A stretch of DNA of 64,000 nucleotides from Ginglymostoma cirratum (lineage: Eukaryota), in NCBI GenBank assembly GCA_024137785.1, contig JAHRHZ010000085.1, positions 1,863,941 to 1,927,940 on the forward strand, given 5' to 3'. Position 1 is the stretch's first letter. Every line of letters begins with the position of its first letter. Shown in pieces: positions 53,701 through 64,000 of the stretch. Below the pieces are notes generated by a model. The model was given only the letters and a program-made list of their open reading frames with translations. It made no database searches and was not told where the DNA came from. Position numbers and translations under genes: made by a program.

Positions 53701-54629
53701 GTTCTGTGGCCTACTCCTGTTCCAATGTCTCCTAAACGCTCTACGTTTATCATTTTTGCGACACTTACTGTACACAAGAAGTCGGAATCCGGTTCCTTTC
53801 ACAACTGTTTGATGATGATATTTGATGACACAGTAATACATTCCGGCGTCGGCAACAGTCACATTCAAAACATGAAGGTAGGCGCCGCCTCTCCTCACAT
53901 CGAAACTTTTTCTGCCGTTGGCTTGCAGGAAAGTCTTGTTACCGTCTTTCCACCAGTAAGCGATTACCGCCAAATGATTAAGATGGAAAGGGAAAGGACA
54001 ACGAAACGTAACGTTTCCACCCCGGTGCGTCGTCGTTTGTGCCAGATTTCTGTCATATTCGCCAGAGCTGCACACAGAAACTATCAACAAAATACCCACA
54101 ATTAAATCACAGCCAGAGTGAAAAAAAAAGACACTGCTAAAAATGCTATTGTGCGTCCCCTCATTTGTTACGTTAGTGGTACTGTCTAACCATACAAGTT
54201 AAACTATCCTGCTAACGAATACGTTTCCTGATTAAAATAACTAATGTTGCTTTTCATGTTCACATCATTCTTTTCTGCAAAAAATGCTCAATATGAAAAC
54301 ACATTGATGAAACTACAGCAGCAGAAAGCTACTTCATGTAGGACATTGATTCCATACACAAGTTCTTGTTCAGTGAAGTTTAATAATTAACATAAATACT
54401 AAATGGAAAGGAGCAGTCAACGTTTCGGGTATCACACTTCTTCAGGGCTCCAGTGATAACCGAAACGTTGATTGTTCCTTTCCTCCAGATGCTGCCTGGC
54501 ATGCTGTGATTTTCTCCTCATTGTCTAACTGCATCTGCATTTTTTTTTGCCTGTAATGAAATCCAAATGCCTACCAGCGCACAAAACTTCCAGGAAAGGT
54601 AGGTTGCAAAGTAATCGGATCTTCAACAT
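41590..54629 (-). CDS. Spliced Ig-superfamily type I membrane receptor, leader-V(J)-C1-TM(Arg)-cytoplasmic, ~310 aa (NKp30/SIRP/VJC1-like); join(complement 54575-54629, 53769-54080, 48481-48786, 42885-42999, 41590-41734)
   Basis: Five exons of 55+312+306+115+145 = 933 nt join in one frame through GT-AG introns of phase 1,1,1,2. Canonical Ig V and C1 motifs and a hydrophobic TM are present. The extent of the last exon is the least certain part. Confidence 0.85.
42025..42180 (-). mobile_element. Short Penelope-derived element with intact hammerhead core
   Basis: Minus strand CTGAAGA-A-GGGTC-CT-GACCC-GAAA-CG-TA at ~42118-42145, with a short inverted arm. Confidence 0.75.
42885..42999 (-). CDS. 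Exon: short stalk plus transmembrane helix with N-terminal arginine
   Basis: Acceptor cttatacttttccag|AT and donor TTTCG|gtaagc, phase 1-2. Translation DYHVVIPGHLIYRSILGILVIIILAVIIFDHIASDRFF(R). Not present in the ORF track. Confidence 0.85.
43563..44305 (-). mobile_element. CR1 LINE 3' part (intron 3)
   Basis: ORFs 43567 and 44005 contain LLEYCVQF and VHVWNELPEE. Confidence 0.88.
44680..45850 (-). mobile_element. Older CR1 LINE fragment
   Basis: ORF 45419 TLADDTKI plus CR1 3' motifs. Confidence 0.75.
45885..46213 (-). mobile_element. HE1-type V-SINE
   Basis: HE1 consensus on the minus strand. Confidence 0.88.
48481..48786 (-). CDS. Exon: Ig C1-set domain
   Basis: Acceptor poly-T...tttag|CT and donor GTAG|gtaaaa, phase 1-1. 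Translation (T)APVPLKIV...LRLQCQTAEFHPKEFNVTWHKN...DGLYEVISSI...VYTCQVYHVSITVPANCSYIVNNV has the C1 hallmarks CxxxxFxPxxxxVxW and YxCxVxH. Confidence 0.93.
49843..50222 (-). mobile_element. SINE of the 24253 family
   Basis: Antisense head (gtgggacttgaacccgg B-box) and tail. Confidence 0.75.
50250..53570. mobile_element. Cluster of CR1 fragments in intron 2 (- 50250-50670; + 50680-51540, 51545-52575, 52640-53570)
   Basis: GVPQG, EFCVQFWSP and WNE.PEEV motifs, with a (tatgac)n tail at 52545-52576. Confidence 0.82.
53595..53700 (-). mobile_element. Short Penelope-derived hammerhead repeat ~70 nt downstream of the V exon
   Basis: Minus strand AGTT-CTGAGGA-A-GGGTC-ACCG-GACCC-GAAA-TA-TT. Confidence 0.7.
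53769..54080 (-). CDS. Exon: Ig V-type domain with J-like G strand
   Basis: Acceptor ttttgttgatag|TT and donor TACA|gtaagt, phase 1-1. Translation (V)SVCSSGEYDRNLAQTTTHRGGNVTFRCPFPF...AYWWKDG...AYLHVLNVTVADAGMYYCVIKYHHQTVVKGTGFRLLVY shows B-strand Cys, C-strand Trp, DxGxYYC and GxG. Confidence 0.93.
54575..54629 (-). CDS. Exon: signal peptide MLKIRLLCNLPFLEVLCA
   Basis: ATG at 54629 (ggaggatATG) with an in-frame TAG upstream. Ends G|gtaggc (phase 1), which matches the V exon acceptor. A strong acceptor (ttctatttccatttctag) at 54661 implies an upstream 5'UTR exon. Confidence 0.75.
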
Positions 54630-54911
54630 ATCCTCCAGCGGAAGCTGCTAACTCACAGAGCTAGAAATGGAAATAGAAACAATTAAAACAAAGTTTCCAG
54701 TGTCTACAGCATCGTTTCAGAGCTGTTCGTGATGTCACCTGGCTTCTGCTTGCAACTGTAGAGTCTTTTGGTAGAAATCCGGACAGGTAGTTGGGAAGGA
54801 GATACAAAAGCATTGCCTTTACCCATGAAAGCGAACTTAGTAGAACTGTACGTAAGCCACATCAATTCAATTGTTTCCTTCATCTGCCGAGAGGGTCGAT
54901 AATATTGCATG

Positions 54912-55178
54912 CGGGCGGCACGGTGGCTCAGTGGTTAGCATTACAGCCTCACAGCACCAGGGACCCGGGTTCGATTCCGGTGTCAGATGGCTGTCTGTGT
55001 GGAGTTTGCACATTGTCTGTGTGTCCAAAGATGTGTGGACTAGGTGCGTTGGCCATGCTAAACTGCCCGTAGTGTTCAGGGGTGTGTGGGTTATAGGGGG
55101 CTGGGTCTGGGTGGGATGCTCCAAGGGTCAGTGTGGGCTTGTTGGGCTGAAGGGCCTATTTCCCCATTGTTGGGATTC
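54912..55178 (+). mobile_element. HE1-type V-SINE just upstream of the leader exon
   Basis: gggcggcacggtggctcagtggttagc...ggttcgattcc with A and B boxes. Confidence 0.9.
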
Positions 55179-55424
55179 TTCTTCTACTCAATGTTCTGAT
55201 GGTAAGAACCAAGCTTGATCTTAACCTAACCCTCTTAAGTACCAGAGGGCCATACTGTAGGTGTGTTAGCTGTTGAAATCACGTCTGGAAAACTAGGAAG
55301 TCTCATAGATTACCAAACTTCAGAGAGCAGTCCCATTCACCACGGATGAGAAAGAGCTTCACATTTTTGTCTGTTATCTTTCAATAAGGTCGATGTTACC
55401 TTTGATCATCTACATTAGCTATTT

Positions 55425-57975
55425 AGAACTTAGAACATAGAACAATACAGCACAGTACAGGCCCTTCAGCCCACAATGTTGTGCCAAATTTTTACCATGA
55501 ACTTAGTGTCTATCTAACCTCCACCGCTACCTTATACTATCATCCACATGCCTATCTAATAGCCACTTAAATGCCCCGAATGAGGCCAACGCCACTACCC
55601 TCTTCGGCAATGCATTCCACACCCCTACCACTCTCTGAGTAAAGAACTAGTCTGACGTTTCCCTGAGATCTACCTCCTATCACTTTAAAACTATGTCCCC
55701 TTGTAAAAGCAACCTCCACCCTAGGAAAAAGTCTCTGGATGTCCGCTCTATCTATACTGCTGATCATTTTGTACACCTCTATCAAGTCACCTCTTATCCT
55801 TCGTTGTTCTAAAGAGAAAAGCCCTAGCTCTCTCAACCTTTCCTCGTAAGGCCTTTCCTCCATTCCAGGCAACATCCTGGTAAATCTCCTCTGCACCTTT
55901 TCAAACACTTCCACATCTTTCCTGTAATGAGGTGCCCAGAACTGGACACAATACTCCAGATGTGGCTGAACCTGGCTTTTGTATAGCTGGAGCAAAACTT
56001 CACGGCTCTTGAACTCAATCCCTCTATTAATGAAAGCTAACAAACCATACGCCTTCTTAACAACTCTATCCACCTGGGTGGCAGCTCTCAGGGAACTGTG
56101 AACATGAACCCCAAGAACTCTCTGCTCCTCCACACTGCCAAGAATCTTTCCGTTAACCCTGTATTCTACTTTCAAGTTTGTCCTTCCAAAGTGAATCACC
56201 TCACAATTTTCAGGGTTAAACTCCATCTGCCACTTCTCAGCCCAGTTCTGCATTCTATCAACGTCCCTTTGTAACCTAGAACAGCCCTCTGCACTGTCTA
56301 CAACGTGACCCACCTTCGTATCGTCCGCGAACTTGCTAATCCACCTTTCCATTCCTTCATCCAAATCATTTACAAAAATCACAAATAGAAGAAGACCCAG
56401 AACAGATCCTTGTGGTACCACTCTTAACTGAGCACCATGTTGAATATTTTCTGTCCACTATCACCCTTTGTCTTCGAAGGGTCAGCCATTTCTGAATCCA
56501 ATCTGCCACATTTCCTCCTATCCCTTGCCTCCTTACCTTCTGCATGAGCCTGCCATGGGGAACCTTATCAAACGCCTTACTTAAATCCATGTATACCACA
56601 TCCACTGCTCCACCTTCATCCATGTGTTTGGTCACCTCTTCAAAGAATTCAATAAGGTTTATGAGGCATGATCTCCCCCTCACAAATCCATGCTGACTAT
56701 CATGAATCAAACTGTGCCTTTCCAAGTGATCATAAATCCTGTCTCTCAGAGCCCTTTCCAATAATTTGCCCACCACTGACGTAAGACTAACTGGCCTATA
56801 ATTTCCGGGGTTATCCCTGTTCCCTTTTTTGAACAAGGGAATGATGTTTGCCTCTTTCCAATCTTCCGGCACTATACCCGTGGACAGTGAGGATGAAAAG
56901 ATCATTGCCAAAGGCCCTGCAATCTCGTCCCTCGCTTTCCATGGAATCCTTGGATAAATCCCATCAGGCCCGGGGGACGTATCTATCTTCAACTTCCTCA
57001 GAATTCCTAGCACATCTTCTATACTAACATCAACCTCCTCTCGCCTACCAGCCTGTTTCACACTGTCCTCCTCTACAACTAGGTGCCTTTCAGTTGTGAA
57101 TACCAAAGAAAAGTATTCATTAAGGACCTCTCCTATCTCTTTAGGCTCTGTGCACAAATTCCCTTTACAATCCTTGATCAGCCCTACCCTTTCTCTGGTC
57201 ATTCTCGTGTTCTGCAACATACATGTAAAAAACCTTGGAGTTTTCCGTCATCCTATCCGCCAAGGTTTTCTCATGGCCCCTTATAGCTCTCCCGAGCCCT
57301 TTCTTCAGCTCCTTCCTGGCTAACTTGTATCCCTCTGGATCCTTTTCTGTTCCTCTTTTCCTAAACCTTACATAAGCCTCCTTCTTCCTCTTAACTGTCG
57401 TTCGCCCTCTCTCGAGAACCATGCCTCCATCACTCGACTGCATCTTCTGTGCCTGCTAGGGACAAACGTGTCGAGCACATTCAGTATGCATTCCTTAAAC
57501 AATCTCCACATTTCTGTGGTGCTCTTCCCTGACAGCATCTGTTCCCAATTTATGTTACCCAGTTCTTGCCTAACTGAATTGTAAATACCCTTCCCCCAAT
57601 TATAAACTTTACCCTGCCGTATGTACCTATCCTTATCCATGACTATCGTGAAAGAAACAGAGTTATGATCGCTACCGCCAAAATGCTGTCCTACCAACAG
57701 GTCTAACACTTGGCCCGGTTCGTTGCCAAGTACCAAATCCAAAGTGGCCTCTCCTCGTGTTGGTCTATCTACATACTGTGTCGGGAATCCTTCCTGAACA
57801 CACTGGACAAAATCTGCTCCATCTAAACTATTACAACTAAAATGTTTCCAATCGGTATTTGGAAAGTTGAAGTCACCCATGACTACAACCCTGTGACTTC
57901 TGCACCTTTCCAGTATCTGTCTCCCAATCCGCTCCGCTGCTTCTCTGCAACTATTAAGGGGTCTGTAAAAAGAAC
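55425..57975 (-). mobile_element. Young CR1/HER1 LINE, most of ORF2 (EN to RT to 3' tail), frameshifted
   Basis: ORFs 57368 (MGDFNFP, LDLVLGNE), 56366 (SPGPDGI, NYRPVSLTS) and 55567 (PQGSVLG, KFADDT), with a (tagaaca)n tail. Confidence 0.95.
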
Positions 57976-58179
57976 CCTAATTTAGTTCGTATATCTGCAA
58001 TGATATCCACATTGGATTTAGGATCTAAGTAAGAACATACAACACAGACAGTTTCCCAAGCTTCACATAAATCAAGCCGTGTCAGTATGACCTGCTTTTC
58101 GCCTGGAGATGCAGTCTGTAAAATGTGAAGTAGTAGTTCCTACTGACCAAAGATACCAGGGAAATGAAATAAAAAATGA

Positions 58180-59000
58180 AAGAATACCGATGCTGCAAAT
58201 CAGAAACAAAAACAGAAAAGGCTGGAAAAGCTCAGCAAGTCTGGCCATGGAGTCCGTGGAGAGAAATCAGAGTTAACAAAGAACAAAGAACAATACGCAC
58301 AGGAACAGGCCCTTTGGCCCTCCAAGCCTGCCCCTACACATTTTGCACTTCCATTCTAAAACTGTCTCCACTTACAGGATCCTTATCCCTCTATTGTCCT
58401 CTTATTCTTGTATTTGTCCAGGTGTTTCTTGAATGCTGCTGTTATGTCTTCTTCCACTACGTCCTCTGGCAGCGCGTTCCAGGAACTCATCACCTTTTGT
58501 GTGAAAACCTTGCCTCACATGTCCCTTTTAAACTCCACCCCCCCGCCACTTTGCACCTTAATCATTCCCCCCCTCACTGCCACCTTGCACTTGACCCTTT
58601 GTCCCCATGTAATCATCCCTCCACCCTAGGAAAAAGCCTTACACTTTCCACTCTAACTGTGCAATTCAAAACCTTCTAAAATTCTATCAGGTCACCCCTC
58701 AACTTCCTTGAAAATAAACCCAGTCTCCAAACTTTCTTTAAAGCTAAAATCCCCTATATCAGGCAACATGCTGGTAAACCTTTTCTGTATCCTCTCCAAA
58801 GCATCCACATCATTCTGGTAGTGCGGTGACCAGAACTGTATGCAATATTCCAAGTGTGACCTAACTTAAGTTCTGTAAAGCAGCACAAGTAACATTTATA
58901 ACGAGGAAGGGTCACTGGACCCAAGATGTTAATTCTGATTTCTCTCCACAGATGCTGCTAGAGCTGCTGAGCTTTTCCAGCAATTTATATTTTTGTTTCA
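58180..59000. mobile_element. Palindromic Penelope-derived element (58180-58275 and 58890-59000) split by a CR1 3' end (-, 58276-58888)
   Basis: Inverted arms of the gatgctgc...ctgctgag repeat, and taaca at both CR1 junctions. Confidence 0.72.
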
Positions 59001-59975
59001 GGGAATGCAATCATGGCTGTCGGATTACCGTTGGACAAAGCCATTGGTCAGTTAGCCGGCCGTTGAAGAAAAGTAATTGCTCTGTAGATAAAGTAATTGC
59101 TTTTGGATTACAGATAGCCGTAGTATTTACCTTAATAGTCATTAATCAAAATAATTATTAGTCATATAGAAAGACAGAATACCAGGTTCATGAACGGTTA
59201 TCTGATAAGCAATATGAATTCGGGGCAAATCTGTTGACACCCCGCCATAACTTGAATTAATACTAAATTTGGATGCAATTAATCCCAAAGTATTATGGCG
59301 TGCCTCTTTAATTTCCCAGTCATTTGTTTCATGAGAGTTTCTGTCTTTTTAAAAAAAAATCAGGTTTATTTGAAGGGAAAACCTCACAAAGAGCAAATCG
59401 ATACCTGGCATCACTCAGAAATCTATAACGAAAATAAGCCTGCCGTATGCTTTATGAAATTGAGAAAAGACTTCTAAATACATCAAGAATACTTAGAATG
59501 CTTAGAAGATCCAGAAGCATCTGTCAAGAGGAAACATATACAACATGTACCTGTGTGTGCGCGCTTCCCAGCAAACCCCCCAGTGTCCAGGATGGTATTG
59601 GCGTCACAGGAAACGATTGTGTACCAGCAAAATTTGAAGTATGATGTTGTCAACATTCACTAGAATGGCAGCAACAGCTGAACTGATCATGACGCTGAAT
59701 AGCTATGTTCCCTGTGATAGAAGGCCTACCTTATTCTATAATGGTAAACATACGTTATGAATGTATTTTAAATAAAACAAGTTTGTTAACTAACATCCAA
59801 CCAAGCACAAGTGTGAAACCCCCAGGGGAAAATAAGCTAGATGTATTGATATGAGGTTAAGTCTATAATGTGTCCATTTGATGCAACAAAGGACTGAAAA
59901 GGAAACATTGCATAATACATGGCCGCAAGTGTGTTTCCTGTGGTTCACGGAGCTTTTGATCATGCTTAGACTTAC

Positions 59976-60089
59976 CTTGCATAAATATCTAACCAAAAAA
60001 TTATGGATTTATTTTCCTTTCAATAAAAGCATGCCCATTTCACATATAGCCGTGAGTCTTACATTGAGTGAGAAGCAAGAGAGAATCAC
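59976..60089 (-). other. Candidate non-coding 5'UTR exon of the Ig receptor gene
   Basis: Acceptor gtctttcag|G and strong donor CAAG|gtaagt bound 114 nt with stops in all three frames. A closer alternative donor CAG|gtgaca lies at 54738. Confidence 0.3.
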
Positions 60090-60119
60090 CTGAAAGACAT
60101 TTGTGGTAATTCTCTTTCT

Positions 60120-60432
60120 TTGATATGCATTCATGGTACACCAGCCAGCATTTCTTGCTCAAGTCTCATTACCCAATGGCCAGTTAAGCTTCAACCATAT
60201 TGCTGTGGCGCTGGAAACAGACCTCGGCCTGAGCAGATAAGGATGACAAGTCATCCGGTTTGGTCAGTGACATGAGTGAACTAGACGGTGTTTTTCAGCA
60301 AAAATTTACAATATTATTATGATTAACAGAGCTTTCTACTGGATCCTTTTTTTTTTCATTTACCATGGTGGGACTCAAGATCATGCGCCCAAAACATTAG
60401 GCTGAGATTCTGGATGAGTCGTCCAGTGACGT
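60120..60432 (-). mobile_element. SINE of the 24253 family
   Basis: Antisense tail and head. Confidence 0.65.
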
Positions 60433-60444
60433 TGGGTCTGTACA

Positions 60445-61690
60445 CAGGTCGTGTCTCACAAACCTCATTGAAATTTTTGAGAAGGTGACCAAGCAGGTGG
60501 ATGAGGGTAGGGCAGTTGACGTGGTGTACATGGACTTCAGTAAAGCCTTTGATAAGGTTCCACACGGTAGGCTATTGGAGAAAATGCGGAGGCATGGGAT
60601 TGAGGGAGATTGAGCAGTTTGGATTAGAAACTGGCTTTCTGAAAGAAGGCAACGAGTGGTGGTTGATGGAAAATATTCAGCCTAGAATCCGGTTACTAGT
60701 GGTGTGCCACAAGGATCTGTTTTGGGACCACTGCTGTTTGTCATTTTTATAAATGACTTGGACGCAGACATACGTGGATGGGTTAGTAAGTTTGCAGATG
60801 ACACTAAAGTCGGTGGAGTGGTGGACAGTGTGGAAGTATGTTGCAGGTTGCAGGGAGACTTGGATAAACTGCAGAATTGGGCTGAAAGGTGGCAAATGGA
60901 GTTCAATGCAGATAAATGTGAGGTGATGCACTTTGGGAAGAATAATAGGAAGGCAGAATACTGGGTCAATGGAAAGATTCTTGGTAGTGTGGATGTGCAG
61001 AGGGATCTTGGTGTCCAGGTACATAGATCCCTGAAAGTTGCCACCCAGGTTGATAGTGCTGTTAAGAAGGCATACGGTGTGTTAGGTTTCATTGGTAGAG
61101 GGATTGAGTTCCGGAGCCGGGATGTCATGCTGCAACTAGACAAAACGCTAGTGCGGCCTCACTTGGAATATTGCGTACAGTTCTGGTCGCCCCATTACAG
61201 GAAGGATGTAGAAGCATTGGAAAAGGTGCAGAGGAGATTTACCAGGATGTTGCCTGGTCTGGAGCGAAGGTCTTATGAGGAAAGGCTGAGGGACTTGGAT
61301 TGGAGAGAAGAAGGCTAAGAGGGGATTTAATAGAGACATACAAGATGATCAGAGGATTAGATAGGGTGGACAGTGAGAGTCTTTTTCCTAGGATGATGAC
61401 GTCGGCTTGTATGAGGAGGCATAGCTGCAAAGTGAGGGGTGATAGATTTAATACAGATGTCAGAGGCAGGTCCTTTACTCAGAGAGTGGTAAGGGTGTGG
61501 AATGACCTGCCTGCCAATGTAGTCAACTCAGCCACATTAGGGGCATTTAAACAGTCCTTGGATAAGCATATGGATGATGATGGAATAGTGTAGGTTAGAT
61601 GGGCTTCAAATTGGTTTCACAGGTTGGCGCAACATCGAGGGCCGAAGGGCCTGTTCTGCGCTGTATTGTTCTATGTTCTATGTTCTATGT
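60445..61690 (+). mobile_element. Young CR1/HER1 LINE RT to 3' end
   Basis: ORF 60704 PQGSVLGPLLFVIFINDLD...KFADDT, with a (ttctatg)n tail. Confidence 0.95.
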
Positions 61691-62114
61691 ACTACTGTGT
61701 GGAATTAGTGGAACTAGCTACTGTTTTGACCATCCTCTTAGAGGGTGGAAACATGAAGAATGATCCAAGAGTAATGTTGAAGATCATCAAAAAACAAACC
61801 GACCCTCGAAATTGTTGACAGTTTCTGAAAAGGAAGATGACTAATAGATTGTTCCCTTTTTGTACCTAGGAATCCCGTCTCAAATTTTATCTGTAAAACA
61901 GCATGGCTGATCTTCTAGCCTGATATAAACAATAGACTCGGCGGTGGGGGTGGGGGGCTTTGGTATGTTGGGATATGCATGACATTATCGATTTAGACTG
62001 GATAAAGTCGCCACTGACAATCCACAGCACCTGTTACAGTTGTTTAAGATGAACATTTATCAGTCCATTTAAGACATCAACACAAATTGTTTGACTGTAA
62101 CAAGTGGATCATTA

Positions 62115-62255
62115 AAAAAAACTGAAAGAACTGTGGATGCTGTAAATCAGGAACAAAAATAGAAGTTGCTGGAAATCTTCAGCAGGTCTGGTAGCATCTG
62201 TGAAGAAAAAATCAGAGTTAACGTTTCGGAGCCAATGACCCCTTCTCAGAACTGT
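62115..62255 (-). mobile_element. Short Penelope-derived hammerhead repeat
   Basis: Minus strand AGTT-CTGAGA-AGGGTCATTGGCTCC-GAAA-CG-TT-AACT. Confidence 0.7.
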
Positions 62256-62628
62256 GTTCCTCGGTCTGTTTCCAGAGTCATGGTAATGTGGTTGAAGCTT
62301 AACTGGCCGTTGGATAATGAGGCTTGGGCAGGAACTGCTGGCTGATGTACCATGAATGGATATCAAGCATTGTTTATTAAGATAATGAATGGCCTTTTGT
62401 TTTAAATTACACATAGTGAAATCAATGGCATTGAAACCTATTTTGAAATTATTTCCAAGTGTGCCAATTCAGGATTGTAATGGTGAGAGGTCATTTTGTC
62501 AAAATTCAATGTCCAAATCATGAGGGTGTTTTCAATTTTCTTTGATAGTCCATTTGCTATAATCAATGATGACATGTTTTATCTATACAGTGATGGGCTT
62601 TCTTCAATTTTACAGATGATGTGTTAAC

Positions 62629-62764
62629 TTAGGTGCGTTCTTGTTTCATTTCTTCTGGTTTTGTGTTTTCGTTTGTCTTTTCAATCTCACAGTATGAATG
62701 CAAAGTGGGAGATGTTTTCTGTTTACCATTTCTCGGTGTCTCAATCTGCTCTGCAATTACAGAT
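62629..62764 (-). CDS. Candidate terminal cytoplasmic exon of an upstream gene (SVIAEQIETPRNGKQKTSPTLHSYCEIEKTNENTKPEEMKQERT*)
   Basis: Acceptor gtttgttgcag|A, open phase-2 frame of 44 hydrophilic codons with YCEI, TAA stop, and AATAAA about 250 nt downstream (62373-62378). The surrounding sequence is not a recognised repeat. Confidence 0.35.
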
Positions 62765-63769
62765 CTGCAACAAACTGCAAATGGATGAATCAGTGTGTTG
62801 TCATCAGGGAGTTTCCTAACTAAAAGACTCCTAGTCCCATTCTGTCTGAAAGATCCATCTTACTCCTGGGAAAATTAACTTAGCATTGCACCTTTGAAAA
62901 CATGCACCACTGGATTGAAACAACTTGTAAAACCCTCCTTGTATACGAGCATTAGAGCAGAGTCCAAATACATTCCAGATTATATTCCAAAAAGGAAAAC
63001 ATGGCACATCATGCCACCTCCTATAAGAGGGGGAACACAGTTTTTAATATGTTGCATAATGAAGTAAACAAAACAATACAACACAAGAAAATTGCCTCAC
63101 AGACTAATCAACTAGCAGCCACACATATTCATTCTCATGGAATAACACCTTAAAAACAATGCCCCGCATGACACCACAATATCACTGCATATTTCCTGTC
63201 TGACCAAGCACAGATGGGAAGACAATAGCTGATTTTGGTTTTGCAAGTAGGTCAACAATGACTACATACCCCATGAAGTCTCATGGTATTAACCCAAATG
63301 CGGGCAATGGCTCGGCAGCACCAGTACTTACTGAACTAATTTAATCTTCACAGACACCTTATAATCTTTTGGATATGACAGCTGAAAAGTGCTACTTTGT
63401 CAGTTTGTATTCTTGCTGAAAACATATTGCTTCCCACTTTATACTGATAAAATAATGTTTTTGGCATAGGACCTAACTACTCAGCCAAGTAATGATGGGA
63501 TATGGTTTAATAGTCAATATCTACCCAAGAATAGCTTTCTTGGCAATTATGCCAACAGAACAAAATCAGTGCTTCAACTTTGTTCAATTTAGGAAAGTGG
63601 CAGCGTAGTGGTAATGCCAGTGGATTAATATTCTAGAGGTGCAAAATTAATATTCTGGGGAAATGAGTTCAAATCCTATTATGGAAAATGATGTATTTTG
63701 GATCAAATAAACATCTGCATTACATCCGCACTGTTGTCAGTCACTAACAGTCCCCATTAAAAACTATTC

Positions 63770-64000
63770 ACCCTCCCAGCCTGATTGTTTTCAACTCCTT
63801 TGTCTGCCCAACTGTCTTTCTCTCTCTTTGGGCTTGATCCAATCTTTTACTCCCTACCTCATCCACATCCCTATTTACTGCATATAAACTGATGTTTTCC
63901 CAGCTACCATCAGTTCCGTGGAAGGGTGACCGGACCTGAAACGTTAACCTTGTTTTTTTCCTTCACAGATGCTGCCAGACCTGTTGGGCTTTTCCCACAA
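63770..64000 (+). mobile_element. Penelope-like 3' region with hammerhead repeat (runs off the window)
   Basis: Reverse complement of 33100-33350, including ggaagggtgaccggacctgaaacgttaac. Confidence 0.7.

Noticed and set aside
54067-54069. Acceptor tgtgtgcag at 54068 for the V exon
   Set aside because: It gives phase 2, incompatible with the phase-1 leader. The tag at 54081 fits.
48481-54080. Rearranging Ig/TCR locus
   Set aside because: V and the J-like strand are in one exon. No heptamer-nonamer RSS or separate J segments were noticed, and the TM lacks TCR/Ig signatures.
53659-54099. 146-aa ORF as a single-exon secreted V protein with its own leader (MGILLIVSVC)
   Set aside because: The start is not ATG and overlaps the splice acceptor. 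The C-terminus runs through a GTAAGT donor into a repeat.
54912-54990. tRNA gene
   Set aside because: It is the tRNA-derived head of an HE1 SINE; the same applies at 23398, 27948 and 46213.
55567-57880. Longest ORFs (284, 284, 170 aa) as host genes
   Set aside because: They are frameshifted pieces of a CR1 ORF2.
1-64000. Prokaryotic features (CRISPR arrays, operons, rRNA)
   Set aside because: The sequence is vertebrate. Short tandem repeats such as ccataaga, tatgac and ttctatg are CR1 3' tails.

Overview
Eukaryotic, repeat-dominated genomic DNA, most likely from a shark. This is inferred from HE1-type V-SINEs, HER1/CR1-type LINEs and a DeuSINE-like element; carpet shark is plausible. Most listed ORFs are transposon fragments: CR1 LINEs, a second LINE family with a tRNA-SINE-like head, Penelope-like elements and their short hammerhead-bearing derivatives, SINEs and Harbinger remnants. 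One intact host gene lies on the minus strand. It is a five-coding-exon Ig-superfamily receptor of about 310 aa: leader 54575-54629, V-type Ig domain with a germline-joined J-like motif 53769-54080, C1-set domain 48481-48786, transmembrane exon with an N-terminal Arg 42885-42999, and cytoplasmic exon from 41734. All introns are GT-AG with compatible phases (1,1,1,2). The architecture is a non-rearranging VJ-C1-TM(Arg) receptor: antigen-receptor-like outside, with an NKp30/NKp46-like adaptor-coupling TM. Also present are a candidate terminal exon of an upstream gene (62629-62764), a tRNA-Phe pseudogene, a CpG-retaining TE-poor island (about 34.5-36.2 kb) and a 100-N gap. Repeat boundaries are approximate because they were read by eye.
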